Source: a virus (taxonomy: Duplodnaviria; Caudoviricetes). Taken from it: DNA of 64,000 nucleotides. The notes under the pieces are model-generated. The model worked only from the letters and a program-made list of their open reading frames with translations. It was not told where the DNA came from and searched no databases. Both the position numbers and the translations under genes were made by a program. The DNA is taken from positions 32,001 through 96,000 of IMG/VR virus record IMGVR_UViG_3300036824_000037. One strand, given 5' to 3'. Below, piece by piece: positions 1 to 10,369 of the stretch (its first letter is position 1; the number at the start of each line of letters is the position of its first letter).

Positions 1-3
1 ACG

Positions 4-38
4 AGGCCCGCACCACCGACGAGCGGTGGTGCGGGCCT
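4..38 (-). terminator. Hairpin terminator after the leftward operon
   Basis: Perfect 15-bp stem AGGCCCGCACCACCG / CGGTGGTGCGGGCCT with 5-nt loop, just past the stop of ORF 54..842. Confidence 0.7.
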
Positions 39-53
39 TCGGGTTCTGCGCGT

Positions 54-842
54 TCAGCTTCCGTTGATCCCCAACGCCTCGTCCAGCGCGTCCCAGATCG
101 TGTCGCGCTCCGCGAACTCCCGGTCGACCACCACGACCTGCCAGGCGTCGCACAGTGCCTCGACCGCGGCGCGTCCCAGTTCGGTGCGGTAGATCGACCA
201 CACCTCGCGGCGGGGTAGCGGCGGCCCGAACACGCTCGCGGTCAAGGCTGTGGCGGGATCGGCCGGGTCGGTGCGCACGGTGGCGTCCACGTCGAAGTCG
301 GCGCCCCGAATCCGGGAACCGGGCGGCCACACAAAGTACGTCAGCTCATTGCGGCGTTCCCAGAGTGCCTCGCCGAGCCGGACCGCGGTGGCCTCGTCGC
401 AGAACCCGGTCACGGCGGCGCGCTGCGACCACAGCCAGCCGTCGTAGCCCGGAGTGGGTCCGTGGCCGGGCTGGGACTCGGTCGTCATCAGACCGGCGCG
501 GTTGTACGCGGCCAGGCGGCCGGTGAGCGGGAGGGTTTCGTTGTCGGGGGCGATGGCGTCGTAGCCGGGCAGGTAGAGGTTGCAGCCCTGGAGCCAGTCG
601 GCGGTGAGGTTGGCGAGTTCGGGAAGGCTTGCGGCGGACTGCCAGGTGTCGCGATCGGCGCGGTAACGGGCGCGCTCCTCGGCGGTCAGGGGGCGGCTGT
701 GGGTGTAGAACCCGTCGGCGCCGTAGAGCGGCACGGCGGGTTCGTCGGCACTGAACCCGGCCGGGACGCGGTGGCGGCGCTTGAGCCAGAGGTGCCAGCG
801 CAGAGCGAGCGGGAGTTCCGCGAGACGGTAGGCGAGGTCCAT
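54..842 (-). CDS. DUF6919-like hypothetical protein
   Basis: Motifs ELANLTADWL, YLPGY, PDNET, NRAGLMTTESQPG, QRAAVTGF recalled from this actinobacterial family. Confidence 0.6.
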   Translation of the reverse strand: MDLAYRLAELPLALRWHLWLKRRHRVPAGFSADEPAVPLYGADGFYTHSRPLTAEERARYRADRDTWQSAASLPELANLTADWLQGCNLYLPGYDAIAPDNETLPLTGRLAAYNRAGLMTTESQPGHGPTPGYDGWLWSQRAAVTGFCDEATAVRLGEALWERRNELTYFVWPPGSRIRGADFDVDATVRTDPADPATALTASVFGPPLPRREVWSIYRTELGRAAVEALCDAWQVVVVDREFAERDTIWDALDEALGINGS

Positions 843-1021
843 GGTTTACAACCTCTTGCTTACGCGTGTCCCGAACGGCCCGGGCAGCGACATCCAGATA
901 CTTAGCCCGTGTCGGCGCCGTTTGCGGTAGCTGCGGTGGTGCAGCAGCAGGTACGCGGCGATGGCGATGCCGAACGCGATCCCGGGGTGGTGCTCGACGA
1001 AGCTTGCGATGGCGTGCAGCA

Positions 1022-1297
1022 TCAGTTCTCCTCGGTGGTGACTCGTTCGGCGAACCCGTCGCTGTCGGCGGGCTGGTACGGGTCAAGGGTCAGGCGCAGC
1101 TCGGGCGCGCCACCGGCGTTGCCGCCCTCGACGGCTGCGATGGCGATCAGTGCGGCGGCGCAGTAGCCGATGTAGCCGAGCGCCGCGGGCGGCATGTCGG
1201 GCTTATCGAGCAGGTCGATCGCGACCACGGCGAGGAATCCGGCGACGCCGAGGGCTGCCAGGATGCGGGCGAGCACGCGGCTGCGCCGGTCGGCCAT
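1022..1297 (-). CDS. Small membrane protein
   Basis: Two hydrophobic segments; ATG at 1297 directly after the upstream stop. Confidence 0.55.
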   Translation of the reverse strand: MADRRSRVLARILAALGVAGFLAVVAIDLLDKPDMPPAALGYIGYCAAALIAIAAVEGGNAGGAPELRLTLDPYQPADSDGFAERVTTEEN

Positions 1298-1299
1298 GG

Positions 1300-1725
1300 T
1301 CAGTCCCTCCCCGTGTCGCGCGGCCGCGCCTGGGCCTCGACGTCGGTCAGGACGACGACGCGGTCCGGCCCGATCATCTGCGCGAGTTCCTCGATCGGGT
1401 TGCGGTGCTCCCAGTCGGCGATCGGGGTGACCGGCAGCCGCGCGCCATATGCGGTCTCGGCGCCCGCGAGCCACTTCCACAGTTCGGGCACCGCCATGTC
1501 CTCGGGCGGCTGCACTCCGTCCAACTGGGGGTGCTGGGCGAGCAGTGCGGGGCGGCAGGTCTCGGCGGCGCGGGGCAACTGGTGGGTCATCAGGTTGTCG
1601 CCGGTCAGGTGGTTGAGGATGTCGTACACGCCGTCGATGTGGCGGCGCGAGAGTAGCCGTCCGGTGGTGATGGACAGGATGTCGGCGAGGTCGAACTCGC
1701 GGGCAGCAGGATCGGCCATGGTCAA
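1300..1725 (-). CDS. Conserved phage hypothetical protein (DUF7736-like)
   Basis: DILSITTGRLLS...GVYDIL...THQLPRA motif recalled from phage proteins. Confidence 0.55.
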   Translation of the reverse strand: MTMADPAAREFDLADILSITTGRLLSRRHIDGVYDILNHLTGDNLMTHQLPRAAETCRPALLAQHPQLDGVQPPEDMAVPELWKWLAGAETAYGARLPVTPIADWEHRNPIEELAQMIGPDRVVVLTDVEAQARPRDTGRD

Positions 1726-2140
1726 CTCCTAGATGGACGGATATCCGGGGGAACCGGCGTAGTAGCCGGGCAGGTCGGGGTCCGCGACCCGGCTTGCGGG
1801 CGCCGCGGCCTGCTGACGGGCGACCATCGCGTACTGGTCGCGCCCGGGGTGGGTGCAGGCGCGCCGCCCGGTCAGGCACGCCAGGCAGGAGGTGGCCAGG
1901 AGGCCGGACTCGGCGATCGGCTGCAAGGTCACGGCCGGCCAGCCGCCTGCCACTGCGCGGGCAGTGCGACCGCGAACACGCCGAGGGCGCGGGCCCGGCG
2001 CACCAGGGCGTCGGCGTCGGCGCGGCCCATGGGGATGGTGACGTTGCGGGTGTGGCGGCCGGGTTCGGGGCAGTTGAACGCGATCAGGTGCACGACGCGC
2101 AGGACGTCCATGGGGGTTCCCCTCTCGGTGGATGCGGCGG

Positions 2141-2575
2141 TTAGTGGACGGCGGTCAGGGTGAGCGCGGCGATGAGCAGCGCGACAGAGTGGAGCGCCTG
2201 ATCGCACAGATATTGGCCGTTCATCCCGTTGCCGGCGAGGTCGGCGAAGGCGCCGGCGCGCAGCCGGATCAGGATCCAGCGCACCGGCCAGCGCCGGTCC
2301 AGCAGCGCGTGCGTTCCCGCGGACCAGGTCAGCGCGAGGATCGCGCCCAGCGGCCGGTAGCCCAGGTGCAGCACCAGGTCGAGCAGCGCGAGGACGGGGG
2401 CGATGGTCAGGTGGTAGGCGGTGATGTGGCGCAGGTTCGCGGCCCAGCCTTTGCGCCCGGGGTCGGCTTTGTGGCGGGCCATGGTGTCGGTTTGGGTGAC
2501 GTGGTCGGCGAGGTTGTGCAGGGGCAGCAGCGCGGCGAGGGTCGCGGCGAACACGGTCGCGGTGTCGGGGCTCAT
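2141..2575 (-). CDS. DUF3307-family membrane protein
   Basis: HNLADHVTQT...H...THALLDR...DQALH histidine pattern with hydrophobic helices. Confidence 0.7.
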   Translation of the reverse strand: MSPDTATVFAATLAALLPLHNLADHVTQTDTMARHKADPGRKGWAANLRHITAYHLTIAPVLALLDLVLHLGYRPLGAILALTWSAGTHALLDRRWPVRWILIRLRAGAFADLAGNGMNGQYLCDQALHSVALLIAALTLTAVH

Positions 2576-3012
2576 CGCGCACCCCCGCACACCAGGGCCG
2601 CGGTGACGGTGTGCCGGGTGACGGTGTGCCGGGTGCCGGTGTCGCCGTTGGTGACGTGCGCGTGCGCGGTCACGAGGATCATGCCGCGGCTGCCCTCGCC
2701 GGCCGGGCGCCGCACCCTGGGCATGCCGGTGGGGCGGGGGGTGTCGGTGACGCTGAGCGCGAGTTGGCCGCCGGTCAGGTGCATCGCCACCTCGGCGCCG
2801 GCCGCTGGGTCGGCGTGTAGCAGCGCGTTGGTGACCAGTTCGCTGAGGATCAGTTGCGCGGCGTCGATGGTTTCGGCGGCCAGCCCGGCGTCGGCCAGTT
2901 CGTCGCGCACCCACGCGCGGGCGCGGCCCGGGGACTTCGCGGTGAGCGGCTCCAGGTGCAGCGCCCAGTCCCGCACGGCGGCGGCGGGCTGCTCCAACAG
3001 GGTCATCGTCAT
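2572..3012 (-). CDS. HATPase_c / anti-sigma-factor-like ATP-binding protein
   Basis: LILSELVTNALLHA (N box), VTD, GEGSRGMILV (G box). Confidence 0.8.
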   Translation of the reverse strand: MTMTLLEQPAAAVRDWALHLEPLTAKSPGRARAWVRDELADAGLAAETIDAAQLILSELVTNALLHADPAAGAEVAMHLTGGQLALSVTDTPRPTGMPRVRRPAGEGSRGMILVTAHAHVTNGDTGTRHTVTRHTVTAALVCGGAR

Positions 3013-3362
3013 GACGGTCTCACCGCGTTGACCTGCGGTGAATAACTCGAACGGGTGGCGTGGGGCCGGCGCGACCTCATGATGCGGGCGAGGCGCTCGG
3101 CGCGCCGGCCGCGGCGTACCTGGCGCAGCATCGCCTTCGCGTACGCCTCGGCGTCGTCGAGGGTGTAGGTGCCGATCTCGTAGATCAGGCCGCGGGCGGG
3201 GTCGTTGACGACGATGATCGTGCCCTCGTCGGTGTTGTGCTTGAGGGTGGCGTATCCCTTGTCGTCGACCCATCGGGTGGCGGCTTCGCAGTACTCGGTG
3301 CCCTCGTCGTCGCTTTCGTGGCGGCGGCACCAGCGCTTGCAGGTGCGGGTGGGTGGCTTCAT
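3009..3362 (-). CDS. DUF6907-like protein
   Basis: N-terminal CxxWCxxH; similar layout to 5400, 37301 and 61628 ORFs. Confidence 0.4.
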   Translation of the reverse strand: MKPPTRTCKRWCRRHESDDEGTEYCEAATRWVDDKGYATLKHNTDEGTIIVVNDPARGLIYEIGTYTLDDAEAYAKAMLRQVRRGRRAERLARIMRSRRPHATRSSYSPQVNAVRPS

Positions 3363-4664
3363 GGTGTGGCTCCGTCCGGTTGTGCGGCCCAGTGGCCGGT
3401 GGCCTCGCGTGCGCGGTCGAGGTATTCGGCGACGGTCTGCAAGCGCCCGTCGGCGTCGCGCAGCATGTCCGCGATCCGTTCGCCGTTCTCCCAGGACTGG
3501 GCGGCGGTCCCCGCCCAGACGTCCAGTGCGCTGCCGAGGCGCCCCAGGACGGTGTCGGTCTGGGTTAGGTCGTTGAGGGTGCGCAGGGTGTAGGCGAGGG
3601 CGGCGGGGTGCTGGGGTTCGGTGCTCATAGGTCCGCTCCGATCTGCGCGTCGTACTGCGCGGCTTCGAGATCGCGCTGTCGCTGCCACGCTGCGGCGAAC
3701 TGGGCGCGCAGGGCGGCCTGGTCGACGGGCTCGGTGTAGAGCTGGTGGGTCCACAGGCCGTCGATCAGGCGGGAGTCCACGGCGTAGGGCGGGTCGAAGA
3801 TCGGGGCGAGCCAGTGGGCGACGAACAGTGCGGCGCCCTGGTCGCTGCCGGTGGCGAACGGGAAGTCGAGCGCGTTCATCGGGCGCCTGCTGTCGCGGTC
3901 AGGCGCGGGTGGGCGCGCTGGATGTGGTGGGTCTCGGCCTTCGCCGCGGCGGTCTCGGAGGCGTAGCCGGCGCCGCACGAGCGCGGGCCGGTGCAGCCGG
4001 GCACCGTGCAGTGAAACGCGTGGCTCGGCGAGCCGGGCTCGTGGATCGTCATCGGGTGCTCCCGTCGATGTGTCCGCCGACGTAGGAGCAGGACAGGGCG
4101 CGCATCATCCGCGCGAGGTTGCCAGGCGTGGCCGGTACGCCGTAGCCGGCGAGCAGCGCGCGTGCGGTGTCGCGGTGGCCGGCGACCACGTCCGGTGCGG
4201 ACGCTGCGGCCAGTGCGACGTCGCGGGCCGTGGCGAATGCGGGCGGGGTCCAGCCGACGGGTTCGCCGGTGGGGTCCAGGTCGTCGAGGACCAGGGGGCG
4301 GCAGGCGGCCATCAGACGGCGCTCCCGTCCCGGGCGATGTAGGCGGTCAGCCACGCCACGTCGCCCCAGATGAGGTCGTGGTCGGCGTCGCCGTTGTTGG
4401 TGTACCGGTCGCGGTGCCACGCGGAGCGCAGGTGCCACGCTGCGTCCCGGCCGCGCGTGAAGGTCAGGCCGAAAGCCTTGCTGTAGGGGCTGTCCGGGAT
4501 GCGTCCGGGCTCGGTCGCGGCCGGGCGTCCGAGGACGAGGCGGATGCGCCCGGCCTGGTGTGCGTCGGCCTCGACGGTCCAGGCTGCGGCGGTGGCGATG
4601 AGTGTGGGGACGCCGTCGGGCAGGTCCCCCGCGAGTGCCTTTTCGCAGGCGGGGCAGTGGGCGA

Positions 4665-5126
4665 TCATCGCTCGGCGCTCCCGTCCGGCGCGGTGCGCGT
4701 GGTCTCGATCCGCGGGTCGACGAGTCTGCCGAGGTCGCGGGCGCGCCGGCTGCGGCGCGCGGCGTCGCGGCGTTCGCGCAGCCGCTTGACCAGCACGGGC
4801 GCGTGGAGCTGCGCCTCGGGCCGGTCGATCAGCGAGTTGAGGATCTGGTGGTAGCAGACCGCGGACACACCGAACTCGGCGCGGATCGCGGCCTCGCGCT
4901 GGCCCGGGTGACGGAACGTTTTGCCGGCGAAGTCCAGGACGCGCCGGTCGGTGTCGGTCAGCGCGCAGGCCTGGGCGTAGTGCGCGGCCGTCGCGGTGTC
5001 GAACTGCTCCTGGGCGTCGGCGTCGAGGTGTTCGCGTTCGTCGGCGTAGTACTGCGGGTCGGCGGCGGCGCGGGCGATGTCCGGGGCGCGGCGGGCGGTG
5101 GCGGTCTTGGTGGCCATCTCAGGCAC
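4665..5126 (-). CDS. DUF3263-family protein
   Basis: LTDTDRRVLDF...REAAIRAEFGVSAVCYHQILNSLIDRPEA...PVLVKRLR. Confidence 0.75.
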   Translation of the reverse strand: MPEMATKTATARRAPDIARAAADPQYYADEREHLDADAQEQFDTATAAHYAQACALTDTDRRVLDFAGKTFRHPGQREAAIRAEFGVSAVCYHQILNSLIDRPEAQLHAPVLVKRLRERRDAARRSRRARDLGRLVDPRIETTRTAPDGSAER

Positions 5127-5399
5127 CGGCCTTCGGGGTCTCGTTGTTGCGGGCGTATACGGCCCCGTCGCGCCACAGGAGGGCCAGGTGGCCGCTCAGG
5201 GCGAGCGCGAGCGTGGAGTCCAGCGCGAGGCCCAGGCGCTCCAGGGTGGCGTCGACCGCGGTGTGGCACGCGGCCACAGCGGCGGGGCTCAGGGTGTCCG
5301 CTGCGTTGTCGCGGCGGGCGGAGGCGAGGTGGATGACGGGTGCGTCGCCGATGCGGGTGACCGACGCGAGGCCGGGCGCGCTGGTGGTGTGCCGGTTCA

Positions 5400-5756
5400 T
5401 CAGGCACCCGCCGTCTCGCTGCGCAGTGCCTCGCCGCGGTAGTAGTCGGCCCTGGCGGTGTCGCCGGTCAGCAGCGCGTCGTACGCGAGCAGCGCCATGG
5501 CGAGCGGCCGGATCTGGTCGGGTTCCAGCGAGATGCTGGTCATTCCGCCGATCACGGTTAGCAGCGTCTGCTCGGCGGGTCGGGAGAGGAACAGGGACGC
5601 GAGGTCGACGGCGTCGCCGGCGTGGGTGCGCTCGCCGAAGTCGATGTCCAGGGTGTCGCTGAAGCACGCCCCGGTGTATGTGGGGTCGTTGGGGTCCAGC
5701 GGGTGCTCGGTGCACCAGCTCCCGTGGGTGAGCGGGGGCCGGTCCGGGGTGCTCAT
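5400..5756 (-). CDS. DUF6907-like protein
   Basis: SWCTEH N-terminus; LEPDQIRPLAMALL C-terminal helix. Confidence 0.5.
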   Translation of the reverse strand: MSTPDRPPLTHGSWCTEHPLDPNDPTYTGACFSDTLDIDFGERTHAGDAVDLASLFLSRPAEQTLLTVIGGMTSISLEPDQIRPLAMALLAYDALLTGDTARADYYRGEALRSETAGA

Positions 5757-8024
5757 GCGGCACCGCCGGTGGTGTTGCGGTGGTAGGCGTGGCTGATCTC
5801 GGCTGCGGCGTGCGCGAGGTCGCTCAGGTCCTCGGGGTGCAGGGGCAGGCGGATCTCGGGGCGTGCGGCGGCGATCGAGAGCAGCACGGTGCGGGACGCG
5901 GCCAGCTCCGGGGTGGTGTCGGCGAGGGCGGTCAGTTGCTCGTTGCTGAGCGAGCCCAGGACGGCCAGGCCCCGCTCTACGGCGCTGTGCCGCTGTACTG
6001 TGGTTGTCACGATCCGTTTCCTTCCGGAGGCTGGCGGGTCATCTGGCCCTCGATCGGTAGCCGCCGGTCGGGGGCCGCTGGTTTTCGCGGCGGTCGGTGC
6101 TGACGCGGTCTGGGCGCCGCGCGGGCCGGGGAGGTGTGCGTCCCGCGCGGCTGCCACACCGGTCAGTTGCTGTGACGGTTACGGGCCAGGGCGCGCTCGA
6201 GCTTGTGGCGGCGCCACACCTTGGCGTCGGCGACGGCCTGCGCGTCGTGGTGCAGGAGCGCGGCCGGGTTGGGGTCGGGGGCGTGGGCGGCGCAGTGGCG
6301 GCAGCCGTCGCAGTTGGCGTCGAACTGGTTCGCGTTGCAAGCCATCGGAGGGGCCTTCCGGGTCGGTGCGGGCGGGGGTAGGGCCGGTCAGTTCCGGGCG
6401 CTGCCCGACGTGCCGAGACCGGCGCGCGCGACCTGGTCGCGCTGCTTGTTGATGCGGGGGTCGAGCTGCACGGACGCGGTGTCGCCCGCCTTCAGCGCGG
6501 CCCGGAGCTTGTCGTCGCTCGCCTGCGACGCGGCTTTGGTGGCGTCCATGGCCATGGGGTTGGTCTCCTTCGCGTTTGGGTTCGGGCTGAGTGCCCGCGG
6601 CCACCCGGCCGGTGGATTAGCTGCTGGCCGAGCGCGCCTGGTTGAGCAGGTCTTGCGCCTGCCGGTCGGACACGAAGCGGCCCTGATCGGCCAGGGCGCC
6701 GCGCAGTTGCCGGGCGGTGACCGGGCCGCGGACGGCCTCGACCTCGCGCACGACTGCGGTCACTGCGGCGGTGTCGCGCTTGCTCTGCCTGTCCTGTCGG
6801 TTGAACATGGGGCGTCTCCTTCGTTCCTGGTCGGTGTTGTGCCGGGCGGTTCGGGCGTCCGGCGGCCCTGGCGCGAAGCCGCCGGGACGGGGGTCAGGTC
6901 CGCACGTACGCGCGGTGCGCGTCCCGCAGCACCGCCGCGGCCTTCATCAGGTGCCCCGCGAGGTCCTCCTGGTCGAGCGAGGTGAACCGCGGGTCGTCCT
7001 GCAAGGGGCCGGCCAGGATCTCGAGCTGGTGGACGGCTTCGGCGACGGCGTTGGCCGCGTCGCTCAGCGCCTGCCCGAGGGCTTCGGTGGCCTGGGCGGG
7101 GTCGTCGTTGCGGGTCATGCGGGGCTCCGTTCGGGGTCGGTCGGTTGGGTGGTTGGCCGCCCGCGCCCTGGGTGCGGCACGGGGCGCGGGCGGCCGGTCT
7201 GGGGCTACTTGCGGCGCCAGCCCGCGCTGCGGATCGCGGCGGCGTCCTCGCGGGCGCCCACACCATCGACGAGCGTGCGGGCGAGCGACGCCGCGGTGTC
7301 GCGGGAACCGGTGCGGTACCCGTTGCGTTGTGCGGCGGCGGCGAGGTCGGACTTGGTCGCGTTGTCCACGATCGCGCGGGCCTCGGCGCGGGTGGTGGCC
7401 TTGCTCAGCCGGTCGGCGATGCTCATCGGGGTTGCCTTTCGGGGTCGGGTGGTGGCGGTTCTCGGGGTCAGCGCTCGGCGAGGCTCAGCTCGTTGCGCGC
7501 GATCATGAGGGCGGTCTCGGCGCTGTCGGTGGCGGCGCGGGTCAGGAACGCGGCTTGCGGCAGGTCGGTGCCGGCCTGGGTGAGCAGCGCGATGGCCCGG
7601 GTCAGGTTGTCCACGGCCCGGCGGGCCTGTGCGGCGGACATGGGGGGCTCCTTCGGGGCCGGGGTGATCGGGCCGTTGCCGGCCAGCGCGCGGCGGACCG
7701 CGTCCAAGCCCTCGGCCCGGTAGCGGCGGGTGGTCTCGCTGGTGACGTCGCCGGGGTCGGCGGCGGGCGGGAAAACGGCGGCGCTCTCGGTCTCGTCGTC
7801 CGGGACGCGGGTCAGCGGCGCGTACTGCGCCAGCCACGCCGAGGGCTTCCTGTCGCGGTTGTAGCCGCCGAGACAGCGGAAGCTCCAGGTGTCGCCGTGG
7901 CGGCCCCAGAACTTCTTCCACTGCGCGCCCTGGTTGTCGGTGACGACGGCGTGGGTCGGGAGCGCGTCGAGCTCGGCTGCGGTGGTGATCAGGGCGGCGG
8001 CGAGGGTCATCGGGGGCTCCGTTC

Positions 8025-8303
8025 TTAGGCCGCGGCGGACGCGGGGGCGGGGGACTCGAGGTCGGCGTACGTCGTGCGCGCCGGGTGGTGCGTGACGATC
8101 GAACGCGCGATGGTGCGGCGCTCGAGGTAAGCCAGCACCGACGCTCGCGAGACGCGGACGATTCGGCCGGTCGGGCCGAGCCGAGCGACGTCGAACTCGC
8201 CGTCGTCGATCGCGCGCCACACGGACGACTTGCTGAGCCCGGTCATCGCGCACACCTCGACGACCTTGAGCATGTGCTCGCTGGTCAGGGTGGTGGTGTC
8301 CAT
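8025..8303 (-). CDS. Excisionase/AlpA-like HTH DNA-binding protein
   Basis: LKVVEVCAMTGLSKSSVWRAIDDGEF...RIVRVSRASVLAYL (HTH_17 pattern). Confidence 0.8.
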   Translation of the reverse strand: MDTTTLTSEHMLKVVEVCAMTGLSKSSVWRAIDDGEFDVARLGPTGRIVRVSRASVLAYLERRTIARSIVTHHPARTTYADLESPAPASAAA

Positions 8304-8346
8304 CGGACTTGGCTCCTTCGTTGTCGCTTGTCTTAATAAGACCACC

Positions 8347-8381
8347 CATCCCTAGGGATGTCAACTGGATCCCTGGGGATG
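8347..8381. promoter_or_regulatory. Two palindromic operators, probably bound by the GntR protein, overlapping a TTGACA box
   Basis: CATCCCTAGGGATG (8347-8360, perfect palindrome) and GATCCCTGGGGATG (8368-8381); TTGACA on - strand at 8364-8359; third copy at 9254. Confidence 0.7.
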
Positions 8382-8403
8382 TAGTATGTTCTCTGGTACC
8401 AGA

Positions 8404-8438
8404 AAGCCCCGGCGTCTCCGAAGAGACAGCCGGGGCTT
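8404..8438 (-). terminator. Terminator after GntR gene 1
   Basis: AAGCCCCGGC...GCCGGGGCTT stem followed by U-rich tail on - strand. Confidence 0.7.
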
Positions 8439-8451
8439 AGGCCCTACGCGA

Positions 8452-9195
8452 CTAGGCGGTGATATCGAATTGCAGCGTGAAGACCGTCGAGTCCAGCACC
8501 ATCTCGTTGATCTCGACCACACGCCCAGCCTCGTCAAAGGCCGACCGCAGTTCGGTCAGCACGGGCACGGACGAGCTGACGCCCAAGCGCGCGACCTCTT
8601 CGCGCGTCGGATTGCGTGCGTTCACCAGGACCTCGAACCGGACCGGGCTGTGCCCGGCGTCGGCCAGGCGCGCGTACGTCCCGCCAGGGCCCGTGTCCTC
8701 CTGCGTGATGAGCGTGCCCTCGGCAATCTCCTCCGGGACGTACGAGTTCGCGAGCAGCACCACCTGCTCGCCGACCTTGTAGCCGCGGCTGCGGGACCAC
8801 GTCTTGACCTGGCCGAGCGCCAGCGCGATGTGGGCCGGCGCGTCGGCACGTCTGATGATCAGGTCTTCAGGCGTCGGCACGGTGCCGATGTCCTCGATCC
8901 ACATCGACCGGCCGTCACCCCAGACGCTCGCCAGCAGTCGCTTCGTCTCGTTGCGCACGATCTTGTGACTCGATCGGACGAAGAATCCCTTACCGCGCTG
9001 CGCCGCGATCAGCCCCTCGCGTTCGAGGATGGCCAGCGCGGAGCGGGTGGTCGGCCTGGCCACTCCGTATTCCTTCGCAAGGTCACTCTCCATGGGGAGT
9101 TGGTCGCCCGGTTTGAGGCTGCCCGATTTGATCCGCGTGCGGATCTTTTCGGCCACCTGCTCGAACTTGGGCGCCTGCGCGCGGCGACCTGGCAT
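8452..9195 (-). CDS. GntR-family (HutC/UTRA, KorSA-like) repressor
   Basis: wHTH PGDQLPMESDLAKEYGVARPTTRSAL...GKGFFV plus UTRA domain with GPGGTYARL. Confidence 0.9.
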   Translation of the reverse strand: MPGRRAQAPKFEQVAEKIRTRIKSGSLKPGDQLPMESDLAKEYGVARPTTRSALAILEREGLIAAQRGKGFFVRSSHKIVRNETKRLLASVWGDGRSMWIEDIGTVPTPEDLIIRRADAPAHIALALGQVKTWSRSRGYKVGEQVVLLANSYVPEEIAEGTLITQEDTGPGGTYARLADAGHSPVRFEVLVNARNPTREEVARLGVSSSVPVLTELRSAFDEAGRVVEINEMVLDSTVFTLQFDITA

Positions 9196-9253
9196 ACGCC
9201 TCTCCCTCGTGGGTTGGGGTGGGTGCGACTCTCGCTCCCGCGGTCCAACCGTA

Positions 9254-9266
9254 CATCCCTAGGGAC
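9254..9266. promoter_or_regulatory. Third copy of the operator, upstream of GntR gene 1
   Basis: CATCCCTAGGGAC between divergent gntR and prim-pol genes. Confidence 0.65.
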
Positions 9267-9379
9267 CTGCCGTAACTACAGCAACAGCCTCACTTCCCAG
9301 GCTTGGACGATCGGAGTACGGAGTTGAGCCGGTTCGCAGTGGAGTGGGCTAAGCGAAACCGACTGACGTCGACCAGGCG

Positions 9380-10369
9380 GTGCACATGAGCGCGTCGCCG
9401 GATGTCCAGCGCAAGCACCGCGCGGCGGACGCGTTCCTCGAACGCGGCTGGCATCTGATCCTGATCGGGCCGACCCGCAAACCCCTGCGCAACTGCGACC
9501 TGTGCCGCGACGCGACCGACAACGAGCACTACGTGCCCCACGGCAGCGTCGAGGACTGCCCCCACGAGCCGGAGACCTGCCACGGCTGGCAGGCCGGAAC
9601 CCTCGACCCGCACCGCGTACACCGGCTGATCGAGGCGAACCCGTCCGCGAACCTCGGCGTCGTCACCTCCCTCTCCCGCCTCGTGGTGATCGACCTCGAC
9701 GTCAACAAGCGGGGCGCCGCGCCGCCGGAGACGTACCGCGGCATGCTCGGGATCAACGACGGATGGGACGCGTTCGCCGCCGTGCTGCAACGCTACGAGC
9801 AGCGCTGGCCGGACGACACCCTGACCCTCGACACCCCGTCCGGCGGACTGCACCTGTGGTGGACGCTCCCGGCCGGGCTCACCATCACCTCATCCAGCGA
9901 GGGCAAATTCGCGTGGCTCGTGGACGTGCGCGCGCAGGGCTCGTACGTGCCCGCGCCGGGCACCCGCACCCGCGACGGCGAATACAAGCGCTGGGCCGGA
10001 GTGATGGACCCGGCGCCCGCACCCGGCTGGCTCCTGTCGCACCTGAAGGCCACCGGACACTTCCCCGAGCCAGCCAAGCCGCGCGGCACGTACCGCTTCA
10101 CGCCGAAGCCGGGCGCCGCAACGGATGGCGAGGAACGCCTGGGCCGGATCGCCGACGCCCTCGTCTCGGCGCCGGAGCACACCGGACACGCCGCACTGTG
10201 CACCGCGACTACGGCCGCCGCCCACCTGGTCGCGGACGGAATCGTGGACGAGGCCCGCGCCTACGATGTGATCCTGGACGCCGGCCGAGCGCGCGACCGC
10301 ACCGACCCGGAGATCAAATCGGCGTGGCGCACCGCGCTCGCCAAGGCCGAAACGGGGAACCATCGGTGA
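9380..10369 (+). CDS. Bifunctional DNA primase/polymerase (Prim-Pol)
   Basis: ANLGV, LVVIDLD, TPSGGLHLWW, VDVRAQGSYVPAPG motifs. Confidence 0.9.
   Translation: MHMSASPDVQRKHRAADAFLERGWHLILIGPTRKPLRNCDLCRDATDNEHYVPHGSVEDCPHEPETCHGWQAGTLDPHRVHRLIEANPSANLGVVTSLSRLVVIDLDVNKRGAAPPETYRGMLGINDGWDAFAAVLQRYEQRWPDDTLTLDTPSGGLHLWWTLPAGLTITSSSEGKFAWLVDVRAQGSYVPAPGTRTRDGEYKRWAGVMDPAPAPGWLLSHLKATGHFPEPAKPRGTYRFTPKPGAATDGEERLGRIADALVSAPEHTGHAALCTATTAAAHLVADGIVDEARAYDVILDAGRARDRTDPEIKSAWRTALAKAETGNHR

Larger units (their letters stand above)
3359..8010 (-). other. Leftward cluster of short hypothetical ORFs downstream of the Xis-like gene
   Basis: Chain of overlapping small ORFs (e.g. 3359, 3625, 4049, 4312, 5119, 5753, 6163, 6617, 6894, 7205, 7468 stops) with intergenic GC hairpins. 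Confidence 0.6.
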